The notes under the pieces: model-generated
The model's input: only the letters and a program-made list of their open reading frames with translations
Told to the model about the DNA's origin: nothing
Databases searched by the model: none
Translations under genes and position numbers: made by a program
In this document: positions 1 through 13,219 of the stretch, piece after piece
Layout: each line of letters begins with the position of its first letter
Numbering within the stretch: the stretch's first letter is position 1
Source of the DNA: the human T2T-CHM13v2.0 reference genome, Homo sapiens
Length of the DNA stretch: 64,000 nucleotides
NCBI RefSeq assembly: GCF_009914755.1
Contig: NC_060925.1
Strand: one strand, 5' to 3'

Positions 1-496
1 TCCTTTGATGGGCATTTGGGTTGTTTCCAATTTGAGGCTATTACAAATAAAACTGCTATGAACATTCATGCACAAATCTTTCTATGAACATATGCTTTCA
101 TTTCACTTCAGTAAAGACTTAAGAGGAAAATGACTGTGTTATATAATAGGTGTATGTTTTACTTCTTAAGAACCTGCCCACCTGTTTCCCAAAATGGTTC
201 TACCATTTTACATTCCCGTGAGAAGTGTATGGCAGCTCCAGTTGTTGCATAGCCCTGCTGATTATTTGTATGCTCACTTTTTTTAGTTCTAGAGTTGCAG
301 ATATTTTAATAAATATGCAGTGCTGCATCATTGTGGCTTTAATGTGCATTTTCTTAATGGCTAATGATACGGAACATCTCTCCTTGAGCTCTTCTGCCTT
401 CATATATCTTCTTTGGTGAATTTTCTGTCCAAATATTTCCTCCATTTTTTTACTATTTAGAGCTATTTGGAATTTTATTACAGGATTTTAAGGGGA

Positions 497-620
497 TGTG
501 TATATACATATGTATATTTGTGTATGTATATGTGTATATATATATACACATAGTATGTGTATGTACACATGTATGTATGTATATATCTGTGTGTATGTAT
601 GCATATACATATATATGTAT
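497..620. repeat. Imperfect (TA/TG)n microsatellite
   Basis: tgtgtatatacatatgtatat... dinucleotide run. Confidence 0.9.
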
Positions 621-858
621 ACTCTTGATACAAGCGTCTTGTCAAATAAATGATTTAACATATTTTCTCCAGACTGTGGCTTATCATTTTATTCTCTTAA
701 AAAAAATTTTTTTAATAGCAGAAATTCTTAATTTTGATAAAGTCCAGTTAGTTGTTTTTTTATTATTTTGTTTTATTTGTCATACCCAAGACATCTTTGC
801 CTGATTCTAGAACACAAAGATTTTCTCCTATATTTTCTTCTGGAAGTTAATTTTTGTT

Positions 859-3339
859 CAGGCATACCTTGGAAATATTGCCGGTTCAGTTCCAGACTGC
901 CACAGTAAAGTGAGTCACACATTTTTTTACTTCCCAGTGCATATAAAAGTTATGTTTACACTATACTATAGCTTATTAAATGCACAATAACATTATGTCT
1001 AAAAAACAATGTACATACCTGAGTTAAAAATACTTTATTGCTGAAACATGATAATCATCAGAGCCTTCAGCAATTGGTAATCTTTTTGATGGTAGAGGAT
1101 CTTGCCTTGATGTTGATAGCTGCTGACTGGAGTGGCTGGTACAGTTCCTACTTTTTTTTTTTTTTTTTTTTGAGACAGAGTCCTGCTCTGTTGACCAGAC
1201 TAGAGTGCAGTGGTGTGATCTGGGCTCACTGCAACCTCTGCCTCCTAGGTTCAAGAGATTCTCAAGGTACACTTTTTTGCGATAAGACAACAATCAAGCT
1301 TGCTGCATCAATTGACTCTTCCTTTCACAGAAAATTTCTCTTTAGCATGTGATGCTGTTTGATAGCATTTTACCCACAGTAGAACTTCTTTCAAAATTCG
1401 AGTCAATCATCTAAAAACCTGTCACTCCTCTATCAACCAAGCTTACGGTATATTCTAAATTCTATGTTGTCATTGCAACGATGTTCACAGCATCTTCACC
1501 AGGAGTAGATTCCATCTCAAGAAACCAATTTCTTTGCTCATCCATAAGAAGCAACAACTCATCTGTTCAAGTTTTATCATGTGATTGCAGCAATTCAATC
1601 ACATCTTCAAACTCCACTTATAATTCTAGTGCTCTTGCTATTTCTAACACACCTGTGGTTACTTCTGCCACTGAAGTCTTGAATCCATCCAAAGTCATCC
1701 ATGAGGGTTGGAGTCAACTTCTTCCAAACTTCCCTTTAGTGTGGATATTTTTACCTCCTCCTATGAATCACAAATATTCTTAATGGCATCTAGAATGGTG
1801 AATTCTTTCCAGAGAGTTTCAGTTTACTTTGTCCATCAGAGGAATCACTATTTAAAGCATCTATGGCAGCTATAGCCTTACAAAATGTATTTCTTAAATA
1901 ATAAGACTTGAAGGTGGAAATTACTTCTTGATCTGTGGGCTGCAGAATCAACATTGTGTTAGCAGGTATGAAAACATCAATGTCCTTTATATCTCTATCA
2001 CAGCTCTTGGGTGACTAGGTACATTTGTCAATAAGCAGTAATTTTTCAAAAGCAATCTTTTGTTCTGAGCAGTAGGTTTCAACTGTGGGCTTAAAATATT
2101 CAGTAAACCATGCTATAAACAGATTTTCTGTCAACCAGGCTTTGTTGCTCTATTTATAAAGCACAGGAATAATAGATTTAGCATAATTCTTAAGGGCTTT
2201 AGGATTTTGGGAATGATAAAGGAGCATTGACCTCAAAGTCATCAGCAGTATTAACCCCTAACCAGAGGGTCAGTCTATTCTTTGAAGCTTTGAAGCCAGG
2301 CATTGACTTCTCCTCCCTAGCTATGAAGTCCTAGATAGTATCTTCTTCCAATAGAAGGTTGTTTCATCTACACTGAAAATTAGTTGTTTAGAGTAACCAC
2401 CTTCATGGACTATCTTAGCTAGTCCTTCTGGATAACTTGCTGCAGCTTCTACATCAGCACTTGCTGCTTCCCCTTGCATTTTTTATGTTATGGAGCAGAC
2501 TTCTTTCCTAAACATCATGAACTAACCTCTGCCAGCTTCAAACTTTTCTTCTGCAGCTTCCTCACCTCTTTCAGCATTCATAGAATTAAAGAGAGAGTTA
2601 ATTCTATGGATTGCTGTGGATTAGGCTTCAGCTTAAGGGAATTATGTGGCTGCTTAGATCTATCCAGACCACTAAAACTTTCTTCATATCAGCAATAAGG
2701 CTGCTTTGCTTTCTTATCATTCATGTGTTCACTAGAGTGGCAGTTTCAATTTCCCTCAAGAACTTTTATTTTGCATTCACAACTTGGTTGTTCAGCATGA
2801 GTCCTATCATTTGGCCTATCTCAACTTTTGACATGTCTTCCTTACTAAGCTTAACGATTTTTAGCTTTGGGTTTAAAATAAGAGATATGTGACTCTTCCT
2901 TTTACTTGAACACTTAGAGGCCATTGTGGGGTTATTAATTGGCCTAATTTTAATAGTGTTGTGTCTCAGAGACTAGAAAGGCCCAATGAGAGGAAGATAA
3001 ATGGGGGAATGGCTGATTGGTCTAGTAGTAAGAACACACACAATATTTATCAATTAAATTTGTCATCCATCGTCTATGGGCACAGTTCATGGTGCCCCAA
3101 AACAAATGCAATAGTAACATCAAAGATCAACAGTCACAGATCACCATAACAAATATAATAATAATTTTAAAAGTTTGAAATATTGCAAGAATTACCAAAA
3201 TTTGACAGAGAGACATGAAATGAACACTTGCTGTTGGAAAAATGCTACCAATAGAATTACTGGACATAGGGTTGCCATATAACTTCAAACTGTAAAAAAT
3301 TACAATATCTGAAAAGTGCAATAAAATGGCGTATGCTTA
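859..3339 (-). mobile_element. Tigger1 DNA transposon, near full length, decayed
   Basis: Starts CAGGCATACCT (859) and ends with the decayed inverted terminus GCAATAAAATGGCGTATGCTTA (3339). ~2.4 kb; internal sequence matches the recalled Tigger1 consensus. Confidence 0.85.
1152..1263 (-). mobile_element. 5'-truncated Alu fragment inside Tigger1
   Basis: Poly-T followed by GAGACAGAGTCCTGCTCTGTT...TTCAAGAGATTCTC; only the right-arm 3' part is present. Confidence 0.9.
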
Positions 3340-3984
3340 TTTACGGTGGAAGGTATGAACAAAGGTTCATTGTTTGTTTGTTTGTTTGTTTGTTTTGCTG
3401 GGGGAGAGGCAGAGGGAAGCATAGGGATATCCCATTGTTTTATCACTATTTATTAAAGACTGTCCTTTCTCCAGCCTTTGCATTTTGTCAAAAATCACTG
3501 CCATGTCATATTTGTTTAACTCTTTTACATTGATCTATTTGTCTGTCTTGACACTAATGTCTTATTTACTGTAGCCTTATGCTAAGTGTTGAAGTCAGGT
3601 AATATGTCCTCTAATTTAGTTGTTTATCAAAGTTGTTTTAGCTACTCTAAGTTCTTTGCACTTTCATATTAAGTTTAGACTAAACCTGTCAATTTCTAAA
3701 ACTAAATGCTGGGATTTTTTAAATCTATGGATTATATTTTGGGGATGGAAATGAACATCTTAACCATATTGAGTATTTTGATTGGTGAACATGGATTATC
3801 TCTCCATTTATTTACGTCTTCTTTAATTTTTTAAAGTTTTATGGTTTTTGGTGAATAATTTGCATGCATTTTGTCATATTTCCCCTAAAATTTGCAAGCA
3901 TTTTGTCATATTTCCTCTGTGTTTGATATACTTTGATCATATTATAAATGACATTTTTATTTTGGTTTCTAATTATTCAGTTAA

Positions 3985-4374
<390 letters not shown>

Positions 4375-7300
4375 TAAATGCCATAAGATTTTCTACACAA
4401 ATGATCATGCCATCTAAGCAAAGATTTGACTTTTTTCTTTCCAATGTATTTTATTGCTCTGTTTTGCCACTTGAAGATGTTCCTTCTTTTTCTACTTTGT
4501 TGAGAGTTTGTAACAGAAATGAATGTTGGATTTTGAAAAATGTTAGTTCTACATCTATTGAGATGAACATATGGTTTTTTATTTTTAGTCTGCTAATGCA
4601 GTGAATTACATTGATTTTTGAATGTTAAAAGAACCTTGCATACTGGAGATAAGCCCTCTTTGATCAAGTTGTATTATCCTTTTTATATTCTTGGATTTGA
4701 TTTGCTAAAATTTTGCTAAGAAGCTTTGGCTTTATGTTAATAAGGGATATTGCACTTGTTGGTAGTTTTCTTTTTTGTAATATCTTTGTCTGATATTGGT
4801 ACCAAAGTAATGCTGTCCTTATGAAATGAGAGGTGTTCACTTCAATTTTCTGGAGCAGTTTGTGGAGAATTGGTGTGATTTCTTCCTTAGACATTTGATG
4901 GAACCCAGGTGTAGTTATCTGTTCCTGGAGGTTTCTTTGTGGGAAGATGTTTAACTGAAAATACAATTTCTTTAATTGATTTTAGTTTTTCAAATTATCT
5001 GTTTACTTTTGAATGAATTTTACCACTTTTTGTCTTTCAAGAAAATCATCTATTTCATCTAGGTTTTAAAATTTATTGGTACAAATTTATTCATGAGATG
5101 CCCTTATTATTTTTAACATATATGGAATCTGTAGTAAGCTTACCTCTTTCATTCCTGTATTGGTAATTTACATCTCCTCTCTGTATTTCCTACTTAGTTT
5201 AGAGAGTATTTTCATCAATTTAATCAGTCTTCTCAAAGCCCTGGCGTTTTGTTTCATTAGTTTTTTATGTTGTTTTTGGTTTTCTATTTCATTTATTTTT
5301 ACTCTGATCTTTATCATTTCCATTCTTCTGCTTATTTGGGGTGTAATTTGTTCTTTTTTCTAATTTCTTAAGGTGGAAGTCGAGGTTATTATTTTGAAAT
5401 ATTTTCTATTTGATATAGGTATTTAATGTTAGAAATTTTTCTTTAGGCATTGTTTTAGCCACAACCAAAAAAATTTTGGAATGTTGTGTTTCTGTTTCTA
5501 GTTCAAAGGAGTTCTTATTTTCCCTTTTGATTTACTTTGATCTGTGGGTTAATTAGAAGTGTTTTTATTTATTTTCAAAATGCTGTGAGATTTTCCAAGA
5601 GATATTTCTGTTTTTGATTTCTAATTTTATTCCTCTGCAGTCAAATAACATACTTTATATGACTTGAATTTTTTAAAATTCACTGAGATTTCTTTATGAC
5701 TCAGAATATGCTCTATCTTAGTAAATGCTTCATGTGCCCTTGAAAAGAAAGTGTATCCTACTATTGTAGGATGGAGTGTTCTGTAAATGTCAATTAGACT
5801 AATTTGTTTGACCATGTGATTTGAGTCTTCTACATCTTTACTTATTTTCTGGTTACTTGTTTATCAAGTATTAAATGTATAGCATTGAAAAGTCTGACCA
5901 TAATTGTGAATTATTCTATAGTTTCTTTCAATTTTAGCAGTTTTTGCTTCGTGTATTTTGAGGCTCTCTTATTAGAAGCATAAAGATTTAAGATTTATTG
6001 TATCCTTTTCGTGAATTGCCTCTTTATTATCACAAAATTACCTTCTTTATCCCTGGTAATATCTTAGTTTGAAATCTACTTTGAAGTCAATATATCCACA
6101 TTTTCTTTCTTTTGATTAGTGTTAACAAGACATTTTCCCCATTATTTTGCTTTTAACCTATTTATGTCTTTATGTTTAAAGCAGGTTCCTTCCAAGCAAT
6201 ATATAGGTGGGTCTTTTTTATTTGACCTGATAATTTATGCCTTTTAATTGGAGTACTAAGATCAATAGTGTTAATGTGATTAGTAAATATGGTCGTGTTT
6301 AAATCTGCCATCTTGCTGTTTGTTTTCTGTCTCATCTATTTTTTGTTTTCTTTTGTCTTATTCCTTTTTTTGAATTGAGCCTTTTATACAACCCCATCTC
6401 ATCTCCTTCATTGACTTAATCTCTGTAACTTTTTTGTGTTATTTAGGTAGTTGCATTAGGATTCTATTGTTTAGATTTTTAACTTTGTATAGTCCACCTT
6501 TATGTTATACTACTTTGCTTACAGTATCAGAACCTGTAAACTATATACTTCCATTTTTCTCCTTCTGATCTTTGTGCTATTATTATAATACATTTTTATT
6601 TTACATATCTTAAAAATATTCATAATATGTTGCTCTCAATTTTGCTTTAAATAGTTATTTATTCTTCCAGTAGGTTTGAATTGTAAGAAAAAAAGGTTTT
6701 GTTTTATCCAGGTATTTACCATTTATGGTGCTCTTCTGTTGTGTAGATTCATAGTCCCATTTGATATTATTTTCCTTCATCCTGAGGACTTCCTTTAAAA
6801 TTTTGTATAATTCATAGTCTGCCGGTGTGAAATTATTTCAGCTTTTAAATGTCTGAAAAAATCTTTATCTCATTTTAAAAATGTATTTTGCTGGATATAG
6901 AAATCTAGTTTTCCAGTTTTTTGTTGTTGTTTTTTCTGTTTGTATTTTTTCTTTCAATATATTAAGGATGTTGCTTTGCTGTTTTCTGGCTTGCATTGTT
7001 TCTAGTAAGAAATTTGCTCTCATTTCTTTCTTTTTCCTGTCATCATGTGACTTTCCTCATGTGACATGTCTATTTATCTCTGGCTATTTTTATGACTATT
7101 TTATCATATGTTCGAAGCAATTGTATTGTCCTTGTGCCCTGGTATAATTTTCTTCATGTTTCTTGTTTCTTGAATTTGTGGATTTAGAGCACCCTGCCAA
7201 TTTTGAAAAATTTTGGTAATTCCCCATCTACCCCATTATTCAAGGATTTCACCTGTTCTTATATTAGGCTGCTCAAAATTTTCCCACACCTCACTGATGT

Positions 7301-10189
7301 TCTCTATTTGAGTTCTTTTGTTTGGTTGGTTTTCGTCTTTTTTCCTCCTCTCTGTGTTTTGTGTTAGGTAATTTCTATTGTGACATCTTCAAGTTCACTA
7401 TATTTTCTTCTGTACTATCTGATATACTATTAACCTCATCCAAGGTATTTTTTTATTTCAGACATGGTAGTTTTCATCTCCACAAATTTAATTTTAAAAT
7501 ATATATATTTCATATATTTACTGAATGTGTGCAATATTTTATCTAGCTTATTAAACATATAGAATGAATTTATAATCATTGTTTCAATGCTCTTGTCTAC
7601 AAATCCTGTGTCTTTTCTGCGTTGCTTTTATTTTTCTATCATTATTGATGACATTTTACTATTTCTTTGCATGCCTGGCAATTTTTAATTGGAAGTCAGA
7701 CATTGTGAATTTTGTCTTTCTGGGTGCTAAATATATTTATGTCCCTATAAATATACTTAAGCTCTGTATTGAGATACAGTTAAGTTACTTGGCAGCAGTT
7801 TGATTCCTTCAGATCTTTTTTAAGACCAGAAAAACATTTAATCTAAAACTAAATTGTACCCACTACTGAAGCATAACCCTTCTGAGTATCCTATCTGAAG
7901 CCATGTGAATTACACATTTTTCCAGTCTGGCTAGTAGAAACAGAAAGTATTTCTGGCCCTGTGGGCTCCAGTGATTTTCCTTCTTAATTCTTTGAAGTAA
8001 TTCTTTCTCCTGTCTCATATGATTTCTTCACATGAATGTGCCTGTTAGTACTCAGTTGAAGACTCAAGAAGAATCTTCTGCAGATCTACAGAGTTCTCTC
8101 TGTGCACAGTTCTCTTCTCTCTGGTTTTCTGCAAACTCTAGCTGCCTTGGCATCCCCGCTTCCCAGTTCTGTCTTCACTCAGGGAAATAACCAGGCCCTG
8201 TCTGGATTCCCCTTCTGCACAGCAGCCTGCAAACTCTCTGAGAGTAAGCTGGAGCAATCAGGGCTCACCTCATCTGTCTGTCAAGGTCCACTGTCCTTCG
8301 TTGCCTGGTGTGTCTAGTATCTTGAAAACCACTGTCTCAGGTATTTTTTTCTTTTTTGGTGGAAGGGTAAATCTGGCCCCTTTTACTTTATCTTTACCAG
8401 GAGTGGTAGTTCACTTTGTTTTACCAACTATTTGTTTGAGCATCAAATAACTGCAAGGTCCTATGTGATACACTTCAGACATGGAAATAAATAAATCAAG
8501 TCTGTTTTGTGATGCTTACAGCACAGACAGCAAGACAGGAAAGCAGATACAAAGGTGTAAGTGTTGTGATGGTAGGAAGCATGTTTTTTTCTAACTCCAA
8601 CAACCTGATCTTTCCTGCCCATGTATCCTTTCTCCAGGAGTCTCCTTGGACTCCTCCCTGACTGCATCCTCATGGAGTGAAAACCAAAGACAGGTACACT
8701 TTGCTGAGGCTCCAGTGGATATGAATCTGGTTGTGGGTTGGGTGCAAAGACTGAAATGGCTCAGGAGGCTATGAATAGGGCTGGAGGTTTTAAAATACAT
8801 GGTAAGAAAGCTCTTTGGCCCTTCACTAAATACTAGTGAGAAGCCATGCTGTGGTGGAAATAAATATTGAAATTCGGGATGGAGAATCCCTGAGATACAG
8901 AGCTTCAAAGCTGCCAAACTGCTGCTGAAACAGAAGACAGCAGCTCTAATATTAAGACAGTGATGCACTCTACTCTAAGAGGCTGTATGCAGCGGGAAGT
9001 GAGGGAAGGAAAGCCAAAGAAGCACTTCGTATAAAGGGGAATAATTTCAATGACAGAAAACTCAAGTTACAAAGGTGTCTCTGGAAGTCCAATACAACTA
9101 GTTCCTCCTGCACTCAGCACTGGATCAATTGATCTTTGCTTGGTTAAGCACTGGATGAAGTGGTTGTGCTTCATTTAGAACAAAAAATATAAATTCTGTT
9201 TTAAAATATCGGTATAATGATTCACAGAGCAGAGATGTTTGTGTTGTGCAAGGCCGAGAGGGCTGCAATACCAGGTCAAACACAGAAGATTGGGTCCTTG
9301 AGCCTTGGCCTGACAAAATGTTCCTCCTTCCTCATGTAAAATCACACTGCAAACCCCCTGGGTGCAGCTCCCCTCCCCCTCCACCTTTGTCTACCTCCTG
9401 GAGGTGGGCACAGGGCAGACTCCTCAGGAGAGCTGGTCTGTCTTAGCTGTATCAGCCAACCAGGGCCTGTGGAAATGCCAGGTCTCCCTTTCCTTGCCTC
9501 ATCCCTACATGCAGACTTCCCATTCTGTTTGGCCTCATGGCCAGTTAGCCAGTTGCTCGGAGCTGCTTAGAAACAGGAGTAAGGAATTGTTGTAATTTCT
9601 TATGTCACGGAACTGGAGGAGAGGAATAAAGGGGTGAAACTTTAAGCACAGGAAACCCACCAACCAAGTGCCAGGGCAGATGAAGGAGGAAAGAATTGGG
9701 TCTTGTCTTTGTTCTTGGGAGCTTGGGGCTATTAGTGAGGAGGAAAGGGATGTTTACAAAATCATATGATCACCATTGCCAAAAAATGGAGAGAGTACTT
9801 AGGAGGATGAAATTCTGGAATACTGCAAGGCCATCTTTTCTCTCACACGAAGCTTCCTCAGAGGCCATCCCATCGAGTCAGCAGAACATACTATTCAGGG
9901 GAGGGTCTAGAGCTGGATCCTCCGGACAAAGACTCTTAAGTTTCTAAGTAGGCTTTGGGGATTTATTGCAGAGATCTAAAAGTATATGCTCTCCATAAAG
10001 CAGTCTTAAATAAATCTCCAGTAAGGGGAGAAGGAGCGGGAGAGGAGATTCTACATTGCATGAGGTAAAGCCAGAGCTGACTGTGTTTACTAGGAGTTGA
10101 GTACATTGTTTTCTGCAATCAGGGATAGTGACTGGATATTAGAAGTTAAGTTTATTTATGGGAAAATGCATTTATATCTTTTTGACAGG

Positions 10190-11930
10190 AGTATTCATTT
10201 CTTCAACAAACATTTAGAAAGGTGTCATAATGGATGTATTGGAGAGACTATGCATCAAGCACAGTTCTAGGTGTTGGGGAAGTCAAGAAGCCAAATACAG
10301 TCAAGGGCCCCGCTCTCATGAACTTAACATTCTAGGGAGGCAAGAACACAACAAATAACACAAGCTCCAATAGTGGTGAGCGCTATAATGAGATGAAGAA
10401 GGGCACGGGGTAGAGAATCAAATGTAATTGTGATTTTGGACTGTGAATTTCAAGTTATTATAACTAGGCTCAAACACATCTTTATTAATCAAAATAGGAA
10501 CCATTGACAATCGACACATTTTTGCCAATGAGAAATAAGTTTAGTTTTTCCTGTAGCATTAAAATCCATGATTCAGGGTTCAACAAACTCTTGGAAAGCA
10601 TTTTCTTCACCCTGCTGGTTGTGGAAGCATTTTCCCTGCAAAATGTTGTCAAGATGCTTGAAGAAGTGGTAGTCGGTTGGCAAGAGGTCAGGTGAATATG
10701 GCAGATGAGGCAAAACTTTGTAGCCCAATTCATTCAACTTTTGAAGTGTTGGTTGTGTGACAAGCAGCTGGGCATTGTCATGGAGAAAAATTGGGCCCTT
10801 TTTGTTGACGAATGCTGGCTGCAGGCATTGCAGTTTTTGGTGCATCTCATGAATTTGCTGAGCATACTTCTCAGATGTAACGGTTTCGCTGAGATTCAGA
10901 AAGCTGTAGTGTATCAGACTGGCAGCAGACCACCAAACAGTGACCATGACATTTTTTTTGGTGCAAGTTTGGCTTTGGGAAGTGCTTTGGAGCTTCTCCT
11001 AGGCCCAACCACTGAGCTGATTGTCACCAGTTGTCATATAAAATCCACTTTTCTTTGCACGCCACAATCCGATCAAGAAATGGTTTGTTGTTGCATAGAA
11101 TAAGAGAAGATGACGCTTCAAAAACAACTATTCTTTTTTCTGCTCAGCTCATGAGGGATGCACTTATCGAGCTTTTTCACCTTTCTAATTTGCTTCAAAT
11201 GCTGAACGACATAGAATGGTCAACGTTGAGTTCTTCAGCAACTTCTTGTGTAGTTGAAAAATAATCAGCTTGGATGATTCCTCTCAATTGGTCATTGTCA
11301 ACTTCTGACGGCCAGCCACTACACTCCTCATCTTCAAGGCTCTTGTCTCCTTTGCAAAACTTCTTGAACCACTACTGTACTGTATGTCCGTTAGCAGTTT
11401 CTGGGCCAAACTTGCTATTGATGTTGTAAGTTGTCTGCACTGCTTTATGACCCATTTTGAACTTGAGTAAGAAAATCGCTTGAATTTGCCCTTGTCTAAC
11501 ATCACTTCCATGGTCTAAAATAAATATAAAATAAACAGCAAGTAATAAGTTATTAGCAAAAAACATCAAGTGAGAAGTGTGCATTAAAATGATGTATAAC
11601 ATAACCACATTTACTTAAGAATGTATTCCGATATCAAATGGCAAATTTCAACAACGCAAAAGCCCCACTTACTTTCACATCAACCTAATATTTTAGAGAG
11701 GTTAAAGGAGCCATCTCAGAAAAGTGACATTGGAGTAGAGATCTGAATGACATGAAGAAGTAATTCACTGGGATATTTGCAGCAGAGCTCTCCGGAAACA
11801 GAGAACAAGTGGAAAACCTGCAAGGCTGGATCCAAACCCTCCGCAAGTAGGAGCTGAGGAGTGGGGAGGTGAGGTGGAAATGAACAGGGACTGTGGAACA
11901 GTCAGGGCGTCATGGGCTTTGGTGTGTCAG
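10190..11930 (-). mobile_element. L2 relic interrupted by Hsmar1
   Basis: ATTCATTTCTTCAACAAACATTT L2 3'-tail-like sequence at ~10193; L2-like sequence resumes after 11690. Confidence 0.6.
10419..11690 (-). mobile_element. Hsmar1 mariner transposon, near full length, with frameshifted transposase pseudogene (11511->10485)
   Basis: ORF pieces MEVMLDK.., QIQAIFLLKFKMGHKAVQTT, MVTVWWSAA..LHDNA..YSPDLLPTDYHFFKHLDN..NGSYFD match Hsmar1/SETMAR transposase. TIR-like CCCCACTTACTTTCACATCAACCTAA+TA at 11663-11690; the left TIR is only partial. Confidence 0.93.
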
Positions 11931-12210
11931 TAACAGCTTTATTGGGGAGGAAGGGTGGGGTAATGAGCAGAGTTTACAAGGAGCTGGAGAAAGAGAGTCA
12001 GCACTGGCTATTGCCCCATTTATCTGCTTCTCTTAACAATATTTTTAAAAATGCTCTCTATCCTCGCTGTTCCCAAGCCCTCTCTTCTCATTCTTTCTTG
12101 AATCCACCCCAATCTGGCTTTTGTCCTTACCACTGCCTTAGACTGCCAGTGTCAAGGTCACTAATGGCCTCTGTGTTGCCTGATCCAATGGGCATTCTTA
12201 GTCCTTATCT

Positions 12211-12505
12211 TTTAAAACATATTTAATTGACAAAGATTGTATATACTTAAGGTATACAATGTGATGCTTTGCCATATGTGCATGTTGTGAAATAATTGCC
12301 ACAATCAAATGAATTAACACATCCATCAGGACCCAGGCTGTACCTTAGATCCCCAGAACTAAGTTCATCTTATAGCTGAAAGTTTGTACCCTTTGACCAA
12401 CATCTCCCCATTTCCCCAGCTCCCCTCACCAGTTCCTGAAAACCCCTGCTCTACTCTCGGCTGCTGTAAGTTTGACTTTATTAGATTCCACATATCTGTA
12501 TAGCA
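12211..12505 (-). mobile_element. L1MA-type 3' end fragment inside L2
   Basis: TTAATTGACAAAGATTGTATATACTTAAGGTATACAATGTGATG...TTAGATTCCACATAT is a typical antisense L1MA 3' UTR. Confidence 0.7.
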
Positions 12506-12913
12506 TTTGTCTCACTGTTTATCCCTCCTCCTTGGCAATGTGTCCACTTGTCTTTTAGAACACCACATTATCCTACCATGTTTCTTAACTCTGTCTGCTC
12601 TTTCCCTTCTCAATTTTCCTGAACTTTTTCTTCATATCTCCCTGATCATTCAACACTGGAGTGATTCAGGGGATCATGCTTGAGCCTCTTCTCTTTCCTC
12701 TCCATATTCATTCCCTTGGTGATTTCATCCTGGCTCATGTCTTCAAATGCCATTTATATGCTGATGATTTCCAAATGTATTTCCACAGCATAAACCTCTT
12801 TCTGAATTCAGAACTAGTATCTCTAACTGCCTACTTGACAACTCTGCTTGGATGTCTCAAGCTTAACATGTCTCAACGTTCACTGCTGACATTTTCCATA
12901 AAACCAGCCCCTC

Positions 12914-13219
<306 letters not shown>

